From: a virus
IMG/VR virus record: IMGVR_UViG_3300014911_000001
Span: 32,001 to 96,000 of that record
Direction: 5' to 3' (one strand)
DNA length: 64,000 nucleotides
This document shows, piece after piece, positions 54,573 through 64,000 of this stretch (the stretch's first letter is position 1; every line of letters begins with the position of its first letter). The notes below the pieces were generated by a model that was not told where the DNA came from, ran no database searches, and saw nothing but the letters and a program-made list of their open reading frames with translations. Made by a program: the position numbers and the translations under genes.

Positions 54573-55504
54573 TTCTTAAGCCTGCTTTCTATGAATTCCT
54601 TTAGGTTATCTTTATTCTGGTAAATTTCTAATGGGTAAATACCATTCTCAAGCAACCGATCAATCGAATATTTCTTACCATCAATCTTTATGGAATTACC
54701 TTCCATAGGTATACCAAAATCTGAAGCCGGCGCCAAATCAGACCACATATCAATCAAACCAATATTCGGCTCAACCAACAAAATGTGATTCTTGCCCTCA
54801 ATGATACTTGATGTTTTAGTTTTGACAATCGTAATCTTCACTGTGTCAAACTTGTATTTACCACTTATACGGTGGAAAAATAGTTTCAAATGATAAAGAT
54901 GCTTTAACAAGTAAGGACCCGGCTCCCTATAACTCATATAAGCTTTGGTATATCTAGTAACCTGTCCACCTATGAGATCCCTTATCTGGTTTATAATAAT
55001 CGCAAGAATTTCCTTTTCACCTATTGCTGGGGCCCATACTTTAAGCTCGCGGCTTAGTAAGCGCGCCAGCTCTGATACCTTCTGCTCCTGCGGCTTTGCT
55101 CTCTTCTCAAATTCAGTACTCATAGCAACAGCACTATCAAAGACAAACCCAACAATATCATCCAGATGTTTGGCATAAACATCACGTATATCTTCAAATA
55201 TCTCCTCAGCTGTTGAACCACGTATAACAATCATTTCATCAAGCTTGCAACCTTGGATCTCAGCCCATCTCCCATCAAACATGCGCTCTGCATCAACATA
55301 GACAGTAAGCCCGCCCTTCTTCTGTTCCTGCAGAAGACCTACTAAAGCAAGAGCCAATGTTGTCTTACCAGTAGAAGGACCACCCCAAAATCCTATGAAC
55401 CTGCCTAACGGTATGCCATATAACGCTTTCGCCATAAAGGGGAAACGGGCTGATAAATCTAAGTACTTAGTACTTGATAGTTCAGTCGCTTTTATTATTG
55501 CCAT
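54569..55504 (-). CDS. RecA/UvsX-like recombinase
   Basis: GGPSTGKTT, YVDAE, FDSA, INQIR. Confidence 0.88.
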   Translation of the reverse strand: MAIIKATELSSTKYLDLSARFPFMAKALYGIPLGRFIGFWGGPSTGKTTLALALVGLLQEQKKGGLTVYVDAERMFDGRWAEIQGCKLDEMIVIRGSTAEEIFEDIRDVYAKHLDDIVGFVFDSAVAMSTEFEKRAKPQEQKVSELARLLSRELKVWAPAIGEKEILAIIINQIRDLIGGQVTRYTKAYMSYREPGPYLLKHLYHLKLFFHRISGKYKFDTVKITIVKTKTSSIIEGKNHILLVEPNIGLIDMWSDLAPASDFGIPMEGNSIKIDGKKYSIDRLLENGIYPLEIYQNKDNLKEFIESRLKK

Positions 55505-55519
55505 CTTAAACCCCCTTTA

Positions 55520-57895
55520 TCAATCACACTTCCCACCATACCCACACTTTGGACATGGGTTATTACAATCAAACGCATATTCAACACCTCTAGTTATAAT
55601 TTTATAACCACACATGGGGCATACATTTATTATAGCATCATCGGGTACCTCACCATCTGGTAGAGCACCATTATACATATTTGACGCTTCCTGCACAGCC
55701 TTCTTGCGTTGCTCATATTCCTCCTCAGGTGTAATACCACGCAGGAAATATTTTAGTGCTAATCCCCAGAATCCCACAGGAGATGCAATCTTGTGTCCTT
55801 TATACCATGTCATACCATCAGCAGATTTTATGCTTGCAAACTCATTAATAATACGATCAACGACACGATGATATAATTCTTCATCTCCAAGGGCATAAAT
55901 CTGCTTAAGGAATATCGATGTGATCACATCTAGAGCAATAATAAAATCCGAATGTGGTATATCCTTACTACCCAAGAAGATTTCCAGTGGTTTACCCTCA
56001 ACACCCGCTACGATAAGATAATAGTTTTGGTCCCTATAAGGGAACTTATAAGCCTTTGCATCAAGTGTATCAGGCCTCTTCCAATCAGATAAAAAGAGGA
56101 ACTTGCTCTTCTTCTTACCACTCCTTATTACAGCCTGCCGGCTTCCTTCTCTGAACACAGTTATACCCTTTACCCCATTTTTCCAAGCATCAATAAAGAA
56201 GCGCGACAGATCATCCGTTGTCCATTGAGCTGGTATCGTATATGTATTGCTAATAGCATTATCGATATGTTTCTGTATTGCCGCATGGATGGCTAATTTA
56301 TCATAAGGATCAACATCATGCGCTGTAACCATATATGGTGCATTCACATCATAACCATCAGTATTTTCTACCCATTCATATATAGGTTGCTTAAATTTCA
56401 TCATCTTATTGAAGCTCTCGCTCCACCGTTCGATCTCAAAATAAAAAATTGGCTCAAATGCTGCATTAACCCCTGTCAATAATGATATCGACCCCGTCGG
56501 CGGCACAGTTAACAACGCAACATTCCTTATACCATGTTCAGCTACCTGCATCATAAAGTCCTTATTAAAATGCTTTTTGATAAATAGCGCCTGCTCAACA
56601 TAATCCTCGTATGAACCATCCTTTTTAAACTGTTCAACAGCAGGCGCAGGGCCTAACTGCTGGGCGAGCTTAACAGATTCATCATATGCTATATTACATA
56701 TAAATTCAGCTATGCGCTCGGCTTCCCTAACAGACTTAAGGGTACCATATTTAATGCGCTTAATAATAAAATAATCAGCCAGTCCCATAAACCCTATACC
56801 AACCCGCCTCTCAAATTGAGCCTGCTCCTTTACCTTATCTATAGGATAATATGCCCTGTCAATAATAGCATCACCTAATCTAACGGCAAATCGCACCGTT
56901 TGTTCCAACTTTTTCCAATCCATACGGCGGGTAGACAGATCCACATGAGCAACAAGATTGACGCTTAAGAGGTTACAAACGGAATAAGCCGGCAGCATCT
57001 GTTCCCCACACGGATTGCTTGTAGCAATCTTTGCATAGCCTGATGAATTTGATGTGCGTTCGACATTGTCTATAAAAATAAGCCCCGGCTCCGCTGACTC
57101 CCATGCAGTCCTTACAATCGTATCCCATAACTTCTTCGCCCTTATACTACGCTGGACCTTCACAACATCATTTTTGAATGATAGAGTGAAGTCATCATCA
57201 GAAATCATAGCATCCATAAACTCATCTGTTACCTTAACAGATATGTTAGCATAGCGTACCTGAAGCCGGCTTAATATATACCTCACAAAATCGGCCTCCT
57301 CATCATCAACATTCAGAAGAGTAAAATAACTCTCCATCGCATTGTTTAAATCACACTTCATTTTTACGAATCGCTCGATATCAGGATGTGTTATGTCAAG
57401 ACTTATCAACAGAGCTCCACGACGCCCGCTCTGACCAACCAATCCCGTAACAGCAGAATATAACTCAGCCCAGCTCCATGCACCCGTAGAGACCTTCGCA
57501 GATCCTGTATGAACCTTTGCACCCTCAGGACGTAGCGTTGATATATCTATACCACATCCACCACCTGATTTATAAACGATTGCCAATTCCTTCGCCGTAT
57601 CAAAAATGCCCTCCATGCTATCCTCTGGTGATGCTATGACATAACAGTTAAATGGCGTTATACGTTGTTCAACACTCCTTCCAGCCGCATACAAAACACG
57701 ACCGCCAGGAACAAGCCGCCAGCTTAAGTTACCATCATCATCAAAAAAGATGTTATCTGTCTCTATAGGATATGGTTTAAGGAAATAATCATATACACGC
57801 TGAAAGATTGACTCGATTGGTTCATCAGGTTCTGCCTGATATTTTTTGGCTATCGTATCTCTTATGGTCTTATACTCATCAGATATTGGAATCAT
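55520..57895 (-). CDS. nrdJ: Class II (B12-dependent) ribonucleotide reductase
   Basis: NCY, GGGCG, RRGA, NPCGEQ, CNL, PPTG, FREGSR, C-terminal Cys pairs; no beta subunit adjacent. Confidence 0.9.
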   Translation of the reverse strand: MIPISDEYKTIRDTIAKKYQAEPDEPIESIFQRVYDYFLKPYPIETDNIFFDDDGNLSWRLVPGGRVLYAAGRSVEQRITPFNCYVIASPEDSMEGIFDTAKELAIVYKSGGGCGIDISTLRPEGAKVHTGSAKVSTGAWSWAELYSAVTGLVGQSGRRGALLISLDITHPDIERFVKMKCDLNNAMESYFTLLNVDDEEADFVRYILSRLQVRYANISVKVTDEFMDAMISDDDFTLSFKNDVVKVQRSIRAKKLWDTIVRTAWESAEPGLIFIDNVERTSNSSGYAKIATSNPCGEQMLPAYSVCNLLSVNLVAHVDLSTRRMDWKKLEQTVRFAVRLGDAIIDRAYYPIDKVKEQAQFERRVGIGFMGLADYFIIKRIKYGTLKSVREAERIAEFICNIAYDESVKLAQQLGPAPAVEQFKKDGSYEDYVEQALFIKKHFNKDFMMQVAEHGIRNVALLTVPPTGSISLLTGVNAAFEPIFYFEIERWSESFNKMMKFKQPIYEWVENTDGYDVNAPYMVTAHDVDPYDKLAIHAAIQKHIDNAISNTYTIPAQWTTDDLSRFFIDAWKNGVKGITVFREGSRQAVIRSGKKKSKFLFLSDWKRPDTLDAKAYKFPYRDQNYYLIVAGVEGKPLEIFLGSKDIPHSDFIIALDVITSIFLKQIYALGDEELYHRVVDRIINEFASIKSADGMTWYKGHKIASPVGFWGLALKYFLRGITPEEEYEQRKKAVQEASNMYNGALPDGEVPDDAIINVCPMCGYKIITRGVEYAFDCNNPCPKCGYGGKCD

Positions 57896-58611
57896 GTGCC
57901 ACTCCTTTCGCTACATGCCTCCCTGCTTCTTAACAATAATGACACACGCTTTATAAATGCATAAAATAACCCGAGATATACTAGATAGTCTCTAACAGCA
58001 TCCTCATAGGAATCGTTTTCGACTAATAGTTCACCCTTTTTATTAAATGTTATCATCCTGCTGACCTTATCAGCCATGCGCCATATGAAGCCGAGGCCTA
58101 TATCATAAAAATCCTCCCATTCATTGTATTCCCGGGGAAGCCGCGGCTTCATCACAGCAACAAACATAAAATTAGCCAACGCATCACCACCCAACCCCGT
58201 TGCATAATCATGGTTCTTTTTTGTATGGAGCTCCTTTATCGATGCGATAATATTATCTAATGGCTGGCGCTTCACAGATGTATAGTAGTTAAGCAATTTA
58301 GCGCCTTCTATAATGATAATTGACAACATTAAATCCAACCCTTGGCGGCGGACCTCATCACAGTTGCACTTAGGATGCGCAATGATCTTTACTAAATTAC
58401 GCAGCTGCGCTAGTGATCTTACTCTATCTGATATATCCAACTTATCAAGGTGTATGCCTCTCTTCGATATGAGATCTAAATATTCCAAAAACAGACGGTC
58501 ACCTCTAAACCCATCCTTCTCAATAATAAAATCATCGCGATAAAAATAACACAAGGTAGGGTCAATAACAACATCGGATGGACTTGAACCCATATCCACC
58601 TCCTTTGTCAT
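57892..58611 (-). CDS. DUF1599-like (nucleotide-modification-associated) domain protein
   Basis: KNHDY...NF...RMADKVSR...DSYEDAVRDYLVY. Confidence 0.65.
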   Translation of the reverse strand: MTKEVDMGSSPSDVVIDPTLCYFYRDDFIIEKDGFRGDRLFLEYLDLISKRGIHLDKLDISDRVRSLAQLRNLVKIIAHPKCNCDEVRRQGLDLMLSIIIIEGAKLLNYYTSVKRQPLDNIIASIKELHTKKNHDYATGLGGDALANFMFVAVMKPRLPREYNEWEDFYDIGLGFIWRMADKVSRMITFNKKGELLVENDSYEDAVRDYLVYLGLFYAFIKRVSLLLRSREACSERSGT

Positions 58612-59062
58612 ACATTATAATTATTTATTATATGTTTTAATATAAGTGATGGCGTATGGCATTGCGGAAGATTTTGGCAGGTAGTCCCATCAAGGACCTC
58701 ATAACCCTGTTGAGCAAACCGCGTCTTGTTATCCTTCCTATCTGCCACTTCTTGCTCCTCATCAGATTCATCACAAATGTATCGATGCGCTTCGATGCTG
58801 TCAAGTGATTTTTTAATATAGGTATCGGTTGATCTATCTTCCTTACCATCTCAGGCGCCTTGGATAGAGCCGCAAGACGTGTCCCAACCTGCGATATCTC
58901 CCACTTTAATCCTGCATATCGTGCCGGCATGCGCAACAGGGATGGTTTGATACGTAATGGTAGGTCTACATAACGAGGAGACCATAACCTTTTGGTATAA
59001 CGATTCGTATCCTTTATATTACGACCCAGTTCTAATAACCTGTGATTTAACTTAAACATCTC

Positions 59063-60754
59063 TCACTGTGTGTCGGCCCCGAACCATCTCCGCTGTCGGA
59101 CATCCTCGGGGTCCCCACCTCCACACGGAGGTGAGTTTATCCGCACGGGGCCTGAAACTTTTTTTGTTCCCCTCACTGTCCCACCATGAAGCCCCGCCAA
59201 GGGCTCATTGTCTATGTTAATTATACCACCTATCGATTTTACATATCCATGCTTTTGCAACAGATACAGAAGAGATGTGTGTATATAGACCAAACGACTT
59301 GTGTTCCTACATTCAAGTCTACCGAACTCCTTATAAGTTCCGATAGGTAATCCTATCTTCTCAGCTACGTTATATAGGTACCTTACAGCATCGACGAGTA
59401 ATTTGTACTTGAACGTATAACGGTTGCGGTCCCTAAGGACTCTTATCTTACCGTCAGGTATGTCGATATCCGTCAGTTCCAACGGTTGATTACGCATGTA
59501 CCGTATGTATAGATCAATGATGTGATCAATGTCATTTTTTATAAGTATGTTATCTAATAGATATTGATGTGATGATAGGATCTTATGTAAGCATCTTGCT
59601 ATTATATGTAGCAACGGTTGCCTTCGTAGGGATTTCATGTTGGTAAGTCGTCTGGGTGTTATGTGCCGTATCTGTAGGTTATGTATGGCCTGTGCTATAG
59701 GTTTGTAGTGATGAGCAAGCTGATGTATGTGTCGTTGGCGTATGTACTTTAATGACTGTAGTTTCTTATCGAACGTAGCGTTTAGTGACCATGTTGATGC
59801 ATATGAGTAGTCAGGTGATGTTGATGGTCGTATGTTATAGACTGATATGTATGCTTCATTAGATGGTGATGCATCCTTATACTTACTATGTATAATGTGC
59901 TTTTTGTAATATTTACGTATCTTAATAGCATGATTAGTCTGTTCCGTGGTTCGCTTGTAGGATCTGATGTGACGGATGGTTAGAGGTAGTGCATACCACT
60001 CGGACTGAGGTAGACTGTAGACCTTAATATCTTTATGAGGAATGTATCTATATGCAGATGGTTGATATGCGATCTGTGGGTTGATGGGATCGTTGCGATA
60101 GTAGGTACCTTTATTAGTATGTTTTTTCTTTATGAAATGATATGTTGGTATAAGGCGGAGAAATTTATGTTTTTTAAGGTATGTTATGTGCCGCCTTATG
60201 GTTGGTATGGATAGCTGGAGAAGTGAGGATATGAAATCCTGTGACTTGGGCATGTGCTTGGGGTCGGCGGCAAGGAATGCAAGAAGTGTTATTATCTGTG
60301 TCTGTATATGTGCTGGAAGCGAGCTTATGTAGTTATGTATTGACTCAGGCATGTAGACAAGCTTGAGAGGCCAGCCCTCTGGTGCGAGAAGCCGCGGGTT
60401 TATGTCCTTTAGGTCCTTGAGAGAAAATGAAAATGATGCGTATGATGTATTAGTATCTTTATCATATTTTATCTTGAAGCCGATGGTTCTTATTATGTTG
60501 TAAACCTGTGTGTAGTGCTTTTTTAAGGCCGGCAGGTTCTGCCTGACATATGATTTGAAATCATCGTAGGGGATAAGCCCGCCGTTGTGCCATATGTAAA
60601 GAAGTGCGTTGAGTGTTTCGTAGAGAAGCCGCGGCTTCAAAGGACTACGAGGTGCATAATAATTCGATAGAGCATCACCTACATACCTGAGAACGCCGCC
60701 TAATGTGCTCACTATAATACAGTCATGTATGTCATCAGTGTAATGCTTCATCAA
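59063..60754 (-). CDS. Large basic protein with HTH-like segment, possible replication initiator
   Basis: SQDFISSLLQLSIPTIRRHITYL; K/H/Y-rich; own promoter. Confidence 0.4.
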   Translation of the reverse strand: MMKHYTDDIHDCIIVSTLGGVLRYVGDALSNYYAPRSPLKPRLLYETLNALLYIWHNGGLIPYDDFKSYVRQNLPALKKHYTQVYNIIRTIGFKIKYDKDTNTSYASFSFSLKDLKDINPRLLAPEGWPLKLVYMPESIHNYISSLPAHIQTQIITLLAFLAADPKHMPKSQDFISSLLQLSIPTIRRHITYLKKHKFLRLIPTYHFIKKKHTNKGTYYRNDPINPQIAYQPSAYRYIPHKDIKVYSLPQSEWYALPLTIRHIRSYKRTTEQTNHAIKIRKYYKKHIIHSKYKDASPSNEAYISVYNIRPSTSPDYSYASTWSLNATFDKKLQSLKYIRQRHIHQLAHHYKPIAQAIHNLQIRHITPRRLTNMKSLRRQPLLHIIARCLHKILSSHQYLLDNILIKNDIDHIIDLYIRYMRNQPLELTDIDIPDGKIRVLRDRNRYTFKYKLLVDAVRYLYNVAEKIGLPIGTYKEFGRLECRNTSRLVYIHTSLLYLLQKHGYVKSIGGIINIDNEPLAGLHGGTVRGTKKVSGPVRINSPPCGGGDPEDVRQRRWFGADTQ

Positions 60755-60775
60755 CCTCTATCATTGTTTTGTGTG

Positions 60776-60803
60776 ATTATAATCATAATGTAAATGGTGT
60801 CAA
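60776..60803 (-). promoter_or_regulatory. Promoter TTGACA-16-TATAAT (divergent TTGACA at 60818 for groES)
   Basis: Read directly. Confidence 0.7.
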
Positions 60804-60875
60804 GAGAAAAAAAGTTGTTGACAAGATTTATTTGATGAATATATAGTAGTTGAAACCTATATCAGGAGGTAATCC

Positions 60876-61148
60876 TTGATAAAAATGATTGGTGATCATG
60901 TTCTTTTGAAGCCGCGCAAAAAGGAACAGGTGGGTGGGATATATCTCCCCGAAGCAAAGGTTGAATTTTTTGAGGTTGTTGATGTCGGTGATGGTATACC
61001 GCTCCCTAATGGTACATATGCACCAGTTGATGTCCATGTTGGTGATATCGTTTTGGTACCAGAACATGTAGGTGTTGAATATGAAGATGGTGATACTACA
61101 TATGTTATTGCCCGCCTATCCGATATTGATGCCGTTGTAGAGGAATAA
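60876..61148 (+). CDS. groES: GroES-like co-chaperonin
   Basis: GDHVLL, GGIYLPE, VVDVGDG, VHVGDIVL, SDIDAVVE. Confidence 0.9.
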   Translation: MIKMIGDHVLLKPRKKEQVGGIYLPEAKVEFFEVVDVGDGIPLPNGTYAPVDVHVGDIVLVPEHVGVEYEDGDTTYVIARLSDIDAVVEE

Positions 61149-61614
61149 GAGGAGGATGGAGGCTTGCGCATCAAACGGTCTGACAAGGTCCTTCTATTTT
61201 CATCAGACAAGCAGTTGAAATTACATCTATCCGAGCGGTATAAGGTTGTAACTCCGGAATCTAATCGATTACCATTGTTTATTATATTGGATGCTGTTTC
61301 ACGGTATCAGCACCTCGATGTCTTTTCATTATTAACATATATGTTTGGTTACTTATATTTTAAGTTAGGTGAGTATGCGCGTCATAAGCAGCATTGTTAT
61401 CTGGTTGTGTTGATGAAGCCGCGTGTTTTGAAGGTTTCGTTGCTTGAAAAGAGATTAGTCAACCCCTTGAGCCGGTTGTTTAAGACCAAAAGATTTATAC
61501 GCCAGACATCAGTTCAATCCGTGCGGTCGTTATCACAGCTTATATCCCACCTTGGTGATTATTATAATGATAAAGGTTCATATAAGGTTGCTATTTATCG
61601 GATAGGAGGATTCC

Positions 61615-62223
61615 ATGAACATTGATATTACAGCAAAGAGGGTTGTTGATGATTATTTGGACAAGGCTGGTATCGTTAGTTCAATAGAAACACCAGACGA
61701 TTTAGCTCTTTATATATTGAGGTATGGTCACCGTTATCCGTCTTTACTGGTTGATGCAGTACAGAGGGTATGGAATGAAAAGATTGATCATTATGATGAC
61801 ATCATATATGTAACGGCAGATAAGTTTGCGCAGTCATATTTGAAGGAATTTGAGGGGATTGTATATGATTATAGGAAGCCCGCCGGGCTTATTGATACGT
61901 ATCTCCATTTATTGGATGTAGCCCCGGCTTCAACACTAATGTTCGGTTACTACTTTTACATACATTCATCAGAGCTTATATTGGTGGCGCCCCTCGATTA
62001 TTATAATATGGTAAAAGGTGCTTATGAATCATATTTCTGGGATTTTGAACCTAATTTAACGATTTTTGATCTTATAACATATGCATTTTTTGCCAAGGCC
62101 TTAAACATGGGTGTTGCAATTTTAGAGGGTAGTGATATATCACTTAGTGTTGTGAAGAAGTTTATGTATCGCGTTAAATCCTTATATACGACAGAGGAGG
62201 TGATGGATGATTCAAAGGAGTGA
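61615..62223 (+). CDS. Hypothetical protein
   Basis: 202 aa ORF with AGGAGG, overlapping neighbours. Confidence 0.65.
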   Translation: MNIDITAKRVVDDYLDKAGIVSSIETPDDLALYILRYGHRYPSLLVDAVQRVWNEKIDHYDDIIYVTADKFAQSYLKEFEGIVYDYRKPAGLIDTYLHLLDVAPASTLMFGYYFYIHSSELILVAPLDYYNMVKGAYESYFWDFEPNLTIFDLITYAFFAKALNMGVAILEGSDISLSVVKKFMYRVKSLYTTEEVMDDSKE

Positions 62224-63487
62224 ACCTGTTGTTATACCATTACCTGTTAATATTTACACACAGTGGGATGAAATCAAAAGGTTCATTATCGACCACAAAT
62301 ACGATATGGTTAGTATAAATAAGTTACTTCACGATGTTTTTGGTTTGCCTAAGTCGACTGTCTATGCCTTGTTAAAGACATTGGATCTATTTATTGGTAG
62401 CTGGAAGGAATTGGATCGTGTTGATGTTGAGCCGGTATTGGGACAGAAATTATCCGAGCAGGATGTAATGGATTTATGGCCAGAGATTGAGAGTTATAAG
62501 AAGTTGGGGCGCGAGGGCTTCATAAAAACGCTAATGGACAAGTATAGATTGACATATTGGGCAGCGAGTAAATTATATTACCATGAAGGTGGGCATTCTA
62601 AATATGATAAGCGGAAGCACGCGGAGCCTATAGGGAAGGGCTTCAAGTCTGATGAAATATTAGACTGGCGGGCTTACTTGGAGGAAATGGAACATTTTCG
62701 TCATCGTATAAATTATAGCGAAGGCGATGTGAATTATGATTCCGTTTATGAGTGGCATGTACCGTCATCAAAGGTTGGTGTCATTTTTACATCCGACTGG
62801 CATCTTGGTTCCCGATTTACTGACTACAAGCGTCTTAAAGAGCACATAGAGCTTCTTATGGAGAATTTTCATGTATTTCTGGTTGGTGATATGGTTGATA
62901 TGTTTTTATCATTTAAGAATAAGGCTGTTGAGTTTCAGCAGATAGTGCCGCCGACAACGCAGTTGAAGCTATTGTATAGTATATTGTTGGAGTTACAGCA
63001 GAAGGGGCGGCTTCACGTGATTTTATTATCAAGCCAGCGCGTTCATGACTCAGCTGTTAGTGCTGCGGCCGGCTTCGACCCTTACCAGTTTTTTGATGGC
63101 TTAAATACGGTCTATTTCAGAAATAAGGGTATTGTTTATGTACGCATGCCGCGGAGAACATGGGAGGTATTAATTTTACATAAATATGGTCGGAGTTCTT
63201 ATAGGAATCCGTTTAGCAGACATGTTTATGCTATTGATAATGTTTCAGCGACAGCGGATGTGATTGTTATGGCTCATCTACACCGCAGAGATTATGCCAG
63301 CTTCTACTTTGGTGGAAAGCAACGAGTTTGTATAAACCTGCCGGGCTTCAAATATAACGATCCTTATACCCAATCATATTTTGATCAACATGAAGCGCCG
63401 TTCCCCGTTGTTGTGTTTGATGATGATAACAATACGGTTGATGTGTATCCATCACCGGAGGTAGCGCGTTATGTTATTAGCAGTTGA
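62207..63487 (+). CDS. Calcineurin-like metallophosphoesterase
   Basis: SDWHLG, GDMVD, HD, AHLH. Confidence 0.85.
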   Translation: MIQRSEPVVIPLPVNIYTQWDEIKRFIIDHKYDMVSINKLLHDVFGLPKSTVYALLKTLDLFIGSWKELDRVDVEPVLGQKLSEQDVMDLWPEIESYKKLGREGFIKTLMDKYRLTYWAASKLYYHEGGHSKYDKRKHAEPIGKGFKSDEILDWRAYLEEMEHFRHRINYSEGDVNYDSVYEWHVPSSKVGVIFTSDWHLGSRFTDYKRLKEHIELLMENFHVFLVGDMVDMFLSFKNKAVEFQQIVPPTTQLKLLYSILLELQQKGRLHVILLSSQRVHDSAVSAAAGFDPYQFFDGLNTVYFRNKGIVYVRMPRRTWEVLILHKYGRSSYRNPFSRHVYAIDNVSATADVIVMAHLHRRDYASFYFGGKQRVCINLPGFKYNDPYTQSYFDQHEAPFPVVVFDDDNNTVDVYPSPEVARYVISS

Positions 63488-63576
63488 TTACAATGTTGTT
63501 CATAAAATTTACAGGTATATGATGCATATAACATTAAATTATAATGAAGATTTACCAATTGAGGATTTGATAGGAG

Positions 63577-63972
63577 GTGTATATGCGAACGAGGCGAGAG
63601 GGCAGGTATCTGTTGATACAGGGTATCGATCCTCCGATAACAAGAGATGATGTATCCGCTGCAATAGCGATTCCATTACGCCGTTTGTGTGATATTATGC
63701 ATGTTACTGATGATGGTCGTTCTGCGAAGATTGATTTAAGGTCTGTTGGGTTGGCTGAGTTGCTTGCTATAACATCATATCTTACCTTGCCGTGGGTTCC
63801 TGTAGCGATTGATTGGTTCCGTGTTAATATGAAGGCGCGATCTACATATGCTGTTGGTGTTATATTAGGCCGCGCGGCTTCATATATCCGTAAACAATTA
63901 GGCATAACATTAGAGGGGACAGATGAAGAAGATACAGTACAATCTGAAGAAACGGTTGAGGCCAATCAGTGA
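63577..63972 (+). CDS. Hypothetical protein
   Basis: AGGAGGTG RBS; 131 aa. Confidence 0.6.
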   Translation: MYMRTRREGRYLLIQGIDPPITRDDVSAAIAIPLRRLCDIMHVTDDGRSAKIDLRSVGLAELLAITSYLTLPWVPVAIDWFRVNMKARSTYAVGVILGRAASYIRKQLGITLEGTDEEDTVQSEETVEANQ

Positions 63973-64000
63973 GGGTACGGCTGTTGTTGTTGATCTGCTT

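Noticed and set aside
1-64000. Genome-wide TGA reassignment
   Set aside because: phoH, nrdJ, thyX and the recA-like gene end properly at TGA; only one interrupted gene was found

Overview
AT-rich, densely coded segment of a large tailed-phage-like genome (strong GGAGG ribosome-binding sites, sigma70-type promoters, no structural genes in view). Positions 1-45.8 kb are an almost uninterrupted minus-strand run of small hypothetical and paralogous ORFs with a Whirly-fold SSB, MoxR/VWA pair, HicB, LigD-type ligase, SLOG protein, RNase HI, dUTPase and TnpB. Positions 46-64 kb carry DNA-metabolism and accessory genes (PhoH, ThyX, glycosyltransferase, M15 endolysin, RNase HII, RuvC-like, RecA-like, class II RNR, GroES, metallophosphoesterase). 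The standout is 34.0-41.3 kb, an RNA-programmed expression region around a putative single-subunit double-psi-barrel RNA polymerase (DADGD). It holds four co-varying, non-canonical HDV-like ribozyme folds, eight H-type pseudoknots each placed just upstream of an RBS, and 13-14 bp long-range stems that clamp individual genes between ribozymes. Other observations are a dispersed GAAGC-SSSS-GCTTC palindrome, an ADP-ribosyltransferase-like gene split by an in-frame TGA, a tRNA-like RNA without an anticodon loop, and several candidate structured RNAs. All calls come from reading motifs by eye; no database searches or folding programs were run.
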